A program made the translations under genes and the position numbers. Below the pieces are notes generated by a model that made no database searches, was not told the origin of the DNA, and was given only the letters and a program-made list of their open reading frames with translations. DNA of 62,518 nt, the filler included, from Nemertoderma westbladi (Eukaryota > Animalia > Xenacoelomorpha), in the NCBI GenBank assembly GCA_032718475.1. It is 3 parts of 3 records of this genome, joined end to end, with 100 filler letters (N's around TTAATTAATTAA, not from the genome) between each part and the next. Parts side by side here need not be neighbours in the genome. Positions count along the whole stretch, not along the records: positions 1 to 31,207 come from JAUCBJ010003238.1; 2 more parts are not named here. One strand, 5' to 3'. Of this stretch, positions 1 through 7,989 are shown in pieces. Positions within the stretch are counted from its first letter, which is position 1, and every line of letters starts with the position of its first letter.

Positions 1-662
1 AGTAGTAGGGTCTTGGTCCTCTCTGCGACACTTAGACCCCACTGACACCCATTGGGTGTCATATGACACCCAATTATCACCCTATGGGTGTCATTGGGTG
101 TCATTGGCGCCAGACTGTCTGGGTGACACCTCCCAATTAGGCTAATTAGACCCTAATTGACAGGTGTCATCAATTAATTAGTACAATTAAACCCTAACAG
201 GTGTCATATGACTCCTAATTAGGGTTTAATTGATTATCCTAATTAATCAGACTGATTAGCGCCCTGACACACAATGGGTCATCAGTGTTGTCTAACTGTC
301 GCAGAGCCGGATCAAGAGGGTGTCATAAGTGACACCGCAGCTCTTTTATTCATTAATACCTATTTATTTATATTTAATTTTAATTAATTAATTGTACTTT
401 ATTTTAGATTTACCAATAATTAGTTTTATATATTGGTTTCTATATGACCTCATGGACTTTCATCTCGTTATACTTAGACATAGGGTATACAGCTCCCTTA
501 CTGGTAACTAATTACTCCAGACAGCTTTATCGTCGCCTTGACCTTTGACCCCCAATTAGCTTTAACCAAGCAACAGCTTATTAATAATAGTTGTATCCAA
601 GCGCCCCGCCCCCACCCCGTGACAGCTCTGATTACTAATTACTCTTACCTATATCCAGCCGT

Positions 663-1073
663 CTGCAGTTCCATAGTCTGCCGCTAGAGGGCGTATGATC
701 TGAAAATTAACATCTTCTCTAACTTTGCTATTTTCATTCCGAATGGGTTTAAACTCGGTAGGCATCTACTACGGCATAGGCCATATCTTTTGCGGAGACA
801 TAGAGTAGTCTGAAGTTCCCCTGTCTACCGCTAGAGGGCGCATTATTTAAAAATTAACATCTTCTCTAGCTTTGTTATTTACAATCCGCAAAACTATGAA
901 GTTATATTGCTTAAGAGTTCTAAGGGGCGAGCCATGAGGCAAGATGTTTGAGGCTTATTTAGATATATTATTACTTAATTTGACCCCCCAATCGGCATCT
1001 ACTACGGCATAGGCTATATCTTTTGCAGAGTCACAGAGTAGTCTGAAGTTCCCCAGTCTGCCGCTAGAGGGCG
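663..1073 (+). promoter_or_regulatory. Three CTCF-like motifs, forward orientation
   Basis: CCGCTAGAGGGCG at 681, 828 and 1061, each preceded by CTGCAGTTCC/CTGAAGTTCC. This resembles the CTCF core CCASYAGRKGGC plus the upstream TGCAG module. Confidence 0.55.
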
Positions 1074-1178
1074 AAATGTCTCAAAGTGAAAACCATACGG
1101 TAGCCATGAATTGGTTACTAGGCAATAATACTGCATTTTGCAACGTTAGGCCTATTGCTAACCAAACGAAAACTGCCC

Positions 1179-1252
1179 TGGTTCATGCAGGGATCGAACC
1201 CATGACATACGGGAGATGTGAATTCAACGCAACCACTACACCAAGGTGGAAC
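1179..1252 (-). ncRNA. Degenerate tRNA-like (Val-like) Pol III cassette, left TIR copy
   Basis: Minus strand has A-box TGGTGTAGTGG, a TTCACAT loop, B-box GGTTCGATCCC and a downstream TTTT. Stems are poorly paired, so it is not a canonical tRNA. Confidence 0.5.
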
Positions 1253-1311
1253 AGTAACCTTCGAATTTGTTCGTTGACGTTCGAATTTGTAAGACTCTCA
1301 TTTAAGACCTG

Positions 1312-1749
1312 ACACAGACTATGCCTCACTGAGGCACTGAGGCATAGACTATGCCTCACTGAGGCATAGACTATGCCTCACTGAGGCATAGACTATGCCT
1401 CACTGAGGCACTAGCCTCTGAGGCATAGACTATGCCTCACTGAGGCATAGACTATGCCTCACTGAGGCATAGACTATGCCTCACTGAGGCATAGACTATG
1501 CCTCACTGAGGCACTGAGGCATAGACTATGCCTCACTGAGGCATAGACTATGCCTCACTGAGGCACTGAGGCATAGACTATGCCTCACTGAGGCATAGAC
1601 TATGCCTCACTGAGGCATAGACTATGCCTCACTGAGGCATAGACTATGCCTCACTGAGGCACTGAGGCATAGACTATGCCTCACTGAGGCATAGACTATG
1701 CCTCACTGAGGCATAGACTATGCTCACTGAGGCATAGACTATGCCTCAC
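1312..1749. repeat. Palindromic 22-bp minisatellite (CTGAGGCATAGACTATGCCTCA)n
   Basis: Each unit is a hairpin TGAGGCATAG-A-CTATGCCTCA, with occasional extra CTGAGGCA half units. Confidence 0.95.
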
Positions 1750-1823
1750 CATGGATGGGCTTTACCACTGTACTCGCATCTGCTCTCTCATTGGCTGCTC
1801 GATGCCTCCGATTAAGGGTCTAA

Positions 1824-1902
1824 GGCCTTCAAGCTGATCATTTGCTTAGTTTTCTAATTAGAAGGTCGTGAGTTCGAACCCTAGAAGAGCATTATTCTTT
1901 TT
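1824..1902 (+). pseudogene. tRNA-Arg(TCT)-like remnant with intact B-box
   Basis: TTCTAATTAGAAGGTCGTGAGTTCGAACCCTAGAAGAGCA resembles the 3' half of tRNA-Arg-TCT and is followed by a T5 run; the 5' half is degenerate. Confidence 0.4.
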
Positions 1903-2149
1903 CCTAGCTCTCGGCTAACTCTAGTATACACTAGCTTTGACTCTCCCAGCTATAGTGATAGTATGCAACCTTGGGAGTTAATGCGTTGTCTTACGAGTAA
2001 AGGCCAAGAGATTAGACTTCAGGTTGCCTCTATTGGTTCATTCTTCTTAACTTTATAAAATAACTCAACCCTTATTTAAAGTTTTAAAAATTATGACTTA
2101 GTCGACCAATTTTCCAAAGTATATTATAAAAACATATAATTTCTTGAAT

Positions 2150-2305
2150 AAATAGACCTAATAGTAATAAATATTGTGGGGTAAATACATTTATAATACT
2201 AATATAATTATTATGGATAAATAGTCCTAATACTAATATAATTGTTATGGATAAATAGTCCTAATACTAATATAATTGTTTTGGATAAATAGCCCTAATA
2301 CTATT
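2150..2305. repeat. ~34-bp AT-rich tandem repeat, ~4 copies
   Basis: ATAAATAGTCCTAATACTAATATAATTGTTATGG-like units just downstream of the ORF stop. Confidence 0.8.
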
Positions 2306-2331
2306 ATGAAAGGAACTCAAACAAACAAATG

Positions 2332-3384
2332 TCAATAGCGTCGTCCTGCGCGGGCATATACTGAACGAGAGTTTTTTATCATAGGTCTTCGAAAATTAGT
2401 AAAAGCTGGTTGATTTACTTTACTTTCATCTTCCTCATTACCCAACTGTTTCTTAATTTTATTCAATTGTTCATTAATTTTCAGTAATTTACTTTTATTT
2501 CCCAGAACCTGTCTTAATATCTCTTCTCTATTTTCCTCATTTTCTTCCATTTGTTTAATAAATTTCCGCATTTGATTTTTGTTTCCTAATATTTGTCTCA
2601 ATATCTCTTCTTTATTTTCATCATTCTCTTCTAAATGTTTAATAAATTTCTGTAATTTAATTTTACTTCCTAGAACTTGGGTCAATGTCGCCTCTTTATT
2701 TTCTTCATTTTCCTTCAAATGTTTAATAATTTTCCGCAATTGATTCTTATTTCCAAGTAATTGCCTCTTTATTTCCTCATTATCATCATTTTCATCCTCT
2801 TCTCCACTTTCCTGATCTTCACTTTCTTCACCCTCTTTCTGACCTTCACTTTCTTCATCCTCTTCCCCGCCTTCACTTTCTTCATCCTCTTCCTGTTCTT
2901 CACTTTCTTCATCCTCTTCCTGTTCTTCACTTTCTTCATTCTCTTCCTGACCTTCGCTATCTTCACCCTCTTCTTGACCTTCACTTTCTTCATCCTCTTC
3001 CTGATCTTCACTTTCTTCGTTCTCAACTTCACTCTCTTCAACTTCATCCTGACCCTCACTATTTTCATTCTCCATCTCATCATCCTCTTCTTCTCCATCT
3101 TTCTCACTCAAATTTTCCTCATTTTCTAGGGGTAACTGTTTTTGTATCCCTTTCAAAATATTCATAACTTTATGAAATTTACTTTCCATTGTCTGTTTTA
3201 TATTTAATATATCACGCTCATCTCTCTTTTTCTTTTCATCTTCACTAAAAATATCTTCGGATTTTTTAAATTTTTTTGGTAATGGAGCCATTAGTTTTTC
3301 CTTTCTATGTGTTTCCATATGACGAGATAAATTGTCTTGTCTCATTTCTTTATTACAAACCAAACAACTTTCATGTCTATGCAT
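2332..3384 (-). CDS. 350-aa protein: N-terminal C2H2-like zinc finger, Glu-rich tract, four 28-aa amphipathic repeats, basic C-terminus
   Basis: CLVCNKEMRQDNLSRHMETH motif; PKKFKK NLS-like sequence; EESEEQEED-type 9-aa repeats; ILRQILGNKNQMRKFIKQMEENEENREE-type repeats. Intact ATG-to-stop and located at the centre of the element. Confidence 0.8.
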   Translation of the reverse strand: MHRHESCLVCNKEMRQDNLSRHMETHRKEKLMAPLPKKFKKSEDIFSEDEKKKRDERDILNIKQTMESKFHKVMNILKGIQKQLPLENEENLSEKDGEEEDDEMENENSEGQDEVEESEVENEESEDQEEDEESEGQEEGEDSEGQEENEESEEQEEDEESEEQEEDEESEGGEEDEESEGQKEGEESEDQESGEEDENDDNEEIKRQLLGNKNQLRKIIKHLKENEENKEATLTQVLGSKIKLQKFIKHLEENDENKEEILRQILGNKNQMRKFIKQMEENEENREEILRQVLGNKSKLLKINEQLNKIKKQLGNEEDESKVNQPAFTNFRRPMIKNSRSVYARAGRRY

Positions 3385-3523
3385 TATATAGCAATGTCAA
3401 TTGATAATATTGAATTTTAGCTAAATGATTTTACAAAATTTTAAATAAATTAAACTTTTATGAAAATAAATAAAACTTTTTAATATAAAACTTAGAGAAT
3501 GACTGGGAATGCGTTGAACGGGG

Positions 3524-3622
3524 GTTATTATAGAGGGAGGCTAGAATGGATTATCCAATCAGAGTGCGAGGGTGAGTTAGGCAGCCAATCAGGACTCGAG
3601 GGAGGAAAGTTAGACAGCCAAT
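3524..3622 (-). promoter_or_regulatory. Putative promoter of the element ORF: triple CCAAT boxes and TATA-like box
   Basis: CCAAT at 3555, 3585 and 3618 (30-33 bp spacing); minus-strand TATAATAA near 3526-3533; ~140 bp upstream of the ATG at 3384. Confidence 0.55.
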
Positions 3623-3833
3623 GAGAGAGTAGATGCGAGTACAGTGGTAAAGCCCATCCATAGTGAGATAACGTCACACTAACTCTCAAGGATAGTTATA
3701 CTCACCATTCAAATATCCCTCGCAAACCAGATTCCCCCCAGCATCTAAAGTATTCCACTTCAATGCAAAATATATAGAGCTTTAGTTGGATTTGAACCTG
3801 TGCTTGTAAACTTTTTTGTGCTCGTATATTGAA

Positions 3834-4036
3834 GTGAGGCATAGACTATGCCTCAGTGCCTCAGTGAGGCATAGTCTATGCCTCAGTGAGGCATAGTCTA
3901 TGCCTCAGTGCCTCAGTGAGGCATAGTCTATGCCTCAGTGAGGCATAGTCTATGCCTCAGTGCCTCAGTGAGTCATAGTCTATGCCTCAGTGAGGCATAG
4001 TCTATGCCTCAGTGCCTCAGTGAGGCATAGTCTGTG
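3834..4036. repeat. Shorter mirror copy of the 22-bp palindromic minisatellite
   Basis: (GTGAGGCATAGTCTATGCCTCA)n, about half the length of the left array. Confidence 0.95.
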
Positions 4037-4096
4037 TCAGGTCTTAAATGAGAGTCTTACAAATTCGAACGTCAACGAACAAATTCGAAGGTTACT

Positions 4097-4170
4097 GTTC
4101 CACCTTGGTGTAGTGGTTGCGTTGAATTCACATCTCCCGTATGTCATGGGTTCGATCCCCGCATGAACCA
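4097..4170 (+). ncRNA. Degenerate tRNA-like (Val-like) Pol III cassette, right TIR copy
   Basis: GTTCCACCTTGGTGTAGTGGTT...TTCACAT...GGGTTCGATCCCCGCATGAACCA, followed by TTTT at 4177-4180. Confidence 0.5.
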
Positions 4171-4275
4171 GGACAGTTTTCGTTTGGTTAGCAATAGGCC
4201 TAACGTTGCAAAATGCAGTATTATTGCCTAGTAACCAATTCATGGCTACCGTATGGTTTTCACTTTGAGACATTT

Positions 4276-4686
4276 CGCCCTCTAGCGGCAGACTGGGGAA
4301 CTTCAGACTACTCTGTGACTCTGCAAAAGATATAGCCTATGCCGTAGTAGATGCCGATTGGGGGGTCAAATTAAGTAATAATATATCTAAATAAGCCTCA
4401 AACATCTTGCCTCATGGCTCGCCCCTTAGAACTCTTAAGCAATATAACTTCATAGTTTTGCGGATTGTAAATAACAAAGCTAGAGAAGATGTTAATTTTT
4501 AAATAATGCGCCCTCTAGCGGTAGACTGGGGAACTTCAGACTACTCTATGTCTCCGCAAAAGATATGGCCTATGCCGTAGTAGATGCCTACCGAGTTTAA
4601 ACCCATTCGGAATGAAAATAGCAAAGTTAGAGAAGATGTTAATTTTCAGATCATACGCCCTCTAGCGGCAGACTATGGAACTGCAG
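4276..4686 (-). promoter_or_regulatory. Three CTCF-like motifs, reverse orientation
   Basis: CGCCCTCTAGCGG at 4276, 4509 and 4656; mirror of the left-arm sites. Confidence 0.55.
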
Positions 4687-5818
4687 ACGGCTGGATATAG
4701 GTAAGAGTAATTAGTAATCAGAGCTGTCACGGGGTGGGGGGCGGGGCGCTTGGATACAACTATTATTAATAAGCTGTTGCTTGATTAAAGCTAATTGGGG
4801 GTCAAAGGTCAGACGATAAAGCTGTCTGGAGTAATTAGTTACCAGTAAGGGAGCTGTATACCCTATGTCTAAGTATAACGAGATGAAAGTCCATGAGGTC
4901 ATATAGAAACCAATATATAAAACTAATTATTGGTAAATCTAAAATAAAGTACAATTAATTAATTAAAATTAAATATAAATAAATAGGTATTAATGAATAA
5001 AAGAGCTGCGGTGTCACTTATGACACCCTCTTGAGCCGGCTCTGTGACAGTTAGACAACACTGATGACCCATTGTGTGTCAGGGCGCTAATCAGTCTGAT
5101 TAATTAGGATAATCAATTAAACCCTAATTAGGAGTCATATGACACCTGTTAGGGTTTAATTGTACTAATTAATTGATGACACCTGTCAATTAGGGTCTAA
5201 TTAGCCTAATTGGGAGGTGTCACCCAGACAGTCTGGCGCCAATGACACCCAATGACACCCATAGGGTGATAATTGGGTGTCATATGACACCCAATGGGTG
5301 TCAGTGTGGTCTAACTGTCACAGAGCCGGCCAAGACCCTACTACTTATATATATATATTATCTGGGTATAAAAACTGAGGTATATAGGGAGTAGGCGCTC
5401 AAAGGTTGCATGTAATATCATTCGCTGAAGGTAATTTATTCAAAATAATAAATACACAACCTTATGGAACATTCATTGGTACAGTAGCAGAGTCAGCACA
5501 AATATCTATAACAGCTATTCATACACCAAACTTAAACAAAATGTTCCAGAATATTGCGTATTTATTAATTACAGTAGCATAGCAAACGATAATTCTTGCA
5601 ATGTTTGAACACTTTTTATAAAAAAAGTTTATAAATAATTGAAAGACAATATTTAAAATGACATCGAAGGAATTTACATCGAAGAGTCGAACTAAGTTAA
5701 GTTTCAAATTTAAAGCAATATGATTAAGATTTGTAGAAAAATATAGGGGGTGGGGGTTTTGCGACCCCCAAGGTGTACTGTATCTCTGCAAGGCAGAAAT
5801 GCGCCCTGATTAGTCCCT

Positions 5819-6760
5819 TTAAGGGGGGTAGTGCAGGCATTTTTTCCATACAAACTACTAAGTCTCGGTACACTTTTAGAACGCATCAGATAACTTTATA
5901 GGCCAACTATTCTTGCATTCCAACCGGAATTTAACAGGCTTTCACGTAAACCAATTTGTTTTTCTGAATTTCAATTTTTTTTCCTATATTTAGCTTATTT
6001 TTTTAAAAATGGACCTAATTTTCAAAAGAAATTGCCAAATAATTAGTGTCACAAACAATAAAATCACAATTTGGTGCTTTATGCGTACATTATATAAAAA
6101 ACTAATTGGTCTACTTTATTCAACGGTAAAAAAATGATCATAGTGAGAAATTTTTTAAGTCCTTAACTCAAATGGCAGCTGAGAAACATGTACCGAAAAA
6201 ATTCTAAAAACTTATTTTGAGAAAAATCCAGTTAAAATTTGAACCTTCCCCCACAAAAACTGTCTGTTATTATGAAATAATGTCTGTCAATATATACCTA
6301 GCTAAAAGAAAGCACAAAACCATGCTAAGACTTTTGCTGTGGGGTTTTCCTGGTCGGTGATTTCATTTCCGAGGTCAGTTTTCACTTTTAATGAAATCTT
6401 GTTTGTCTGTCTATCTGTCTGACGGTCTTTCTAGCTATCCGACAATCTGTCCGTCAAATATAAGACAAGGGCATACAATCTAGTTAAAGGTTTAGCTAGT
6501 GGGGTTTTCCAGGTCGCATAATTCATTTCGAGTGTGAGTTTTAACATTGGATCATTTCCAAATTGTCTGTTTGGCAGTCAGTCTGTGGGTTACGATTTGA
6601 CGGACAGCTAAACTTGAATATTGACATCAGAAATGAAGTCACCGACCACGAAAACCCGTATAGGGAATTTTTTTAGACAGACAGCTCGCTTTTTATTGAC
6701 GGACAGACATACTGACGGACAAACCGACAGTCAATCGGATAGACATCCATATCTCGAGCC
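5819..6760. mobile_element. Possible DNA transposon remnant (Kolobok-like end)
   Basis: TTAA followed by GGGGGGTAGTGCAGGC, and repeated GTGGGGTTTTCC(T/A)GGTCG motifs at ~6340 and ~6499 with an inverted copy at ~6640. The other end was not found. Confidence 0.3.
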
Positions 6761-7989
6761 AAATATTGTGGACATACAAGGTATCAGATAGTATTTCCTG
6801 GTCTATATTTTACCTGAGCCTCTAGCTGAATGGTTAGAGCGTCAGCAGGCGACTTGTATTAAACAGAAAGTGATGTTTAATTTTAAATACGAACCGACTT
6901 CCGCTTCGATTGCATCAATATCTCTTCCTGGCTTGTTGTTATTGTTTCGCCTGGTATCTGGCTTATAATAGGTGTTTTGTCCGTGGATCCCATAATACTG
7001 TATATAAGTGGTTACCTTTCACAGATTAACACGTACGTGGGGCCTTTGCGCAGCAAGTAAGTCCAGATGAGACAGTAGAGGTACAATTAGCGGACCTCGT
7101 CATTTGCCCCCTAGCGGTCGAAAGATGAATTATAGAAGTCTATCTATGTGTAGAATTTTTAAACTTTTTATTGACCAAGTTTGGTTCCAATTCATCAAAG
7201 ATTTACCGACTTATTCGCGTTCAAAAATTTCCATCGATGACGACAAATACAACGACAGACGGATCCACTAATTATAGCCCTACGCTAAGAGTCACCTGGA
7301 CTTATGAGGCTCGCCCCACATTACATTAATGTTGACTTGCTGTAAACTAGCTGCATAAGAATAGAAGTAGGCCCTAAAAAATATGCACGCATGCACATAC
7401 TGTACATACAGTAAGACAGACGTTCTCTACATGATACAGTCAGGCTACCGAAATATTATATAATAAATATGCCACGTCATTCATTAAAGTATATAATTTT
7501 AATGAGGAGGGCGATATGGTCGACTGGATGGGGGCAACATGGGCAGCTACCGGAGTGAACCAAAAATTGGAAAAACTTTATATTAATAATTATTATAACA
7601 ATAATTAACGTGATTATGTTGTAACATTTAAAGAAATTAACGAAAGAAAGTAATTATTAAGCGAAGATTTGAACTCTATGTAGTTGGTGGATGTAGAACT
7701 GCAGACAGATCAGATTCCACACGAAGACGCATTCCCCTGAAATATTTCAGTGTGATAGTTGTTCAGGAGGGTTTACTCTAAAACAGTAATATATTCAATA
7801 AACCTTACTCGATCTTTTTCATAATTTATTTAATTGTTTCATTTTTTTTCTCACGGGGATGACAAATATACAATCTACTATGCGTTACTATTTTTCATAT
7901 TTTAACTAAACGGAGTACGAAATATTTTTCTGCAAATAGGACCCGGTTTGTAGATTACCCATGACCTGGATTATCCACCATCCACCCCA

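Larger units (their letters stand above)
1..1797 (+). repeat. Left terminal inverted repeat arm
   Basis: Reverse complement of 3615-3667 plus 3834-5345, with scattered mismatches and a different minisatellite copy number. Confidence 0.95.
1..5345. mobile_element. Non-autonomous Polinton/Maverick-like element with very long terminal inverted repeats and one ORF
   Basis: Starts AGTAGTAGGGTCTTGG (1) and ends CCAAGACCCTACTACT (5345). Arms 1-~1797 and ~3615-5345 are near-identical inverted copies (the same 78-aa ORF appears at 1076+ and 4273-). AGTAGT...ACTACT ends and long TIRs are Polinton hallmarks. No pPolB, integrase or capsid ORF is present. The right flank is (TA)n; the left flank is not visible. 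Confidence 0.75.
3615..5345 (-). repeat. Right terminal inverted repeat arm (contains an extra ~166-bp segment, 3668-3833)
   Basis: Reverse complement of the left arm; segment 3668-3833 has no counterpart on the left. Confidence 0.93.

Noticed and set aside
1076-1312. 78-aa ORF present twice (also 4037-4273)
   Set aside because: The duplication is just TIR symmetry; it overlaps the tRNA-like cassette and has no recognisable motif.
2761-3129. Phe-rich and Lys/Arg-rich overlapping ORFs
   Set aside because: Shadow frames of the Glu-rich repeat of the 350-aa ORF.
6815-6850. tRNA-like 5' half (TAGCTGAATGGTTAGAGCG)
   Set aside because: No convincing B-box or cloverleaf follows; at most a decayed SINE head.
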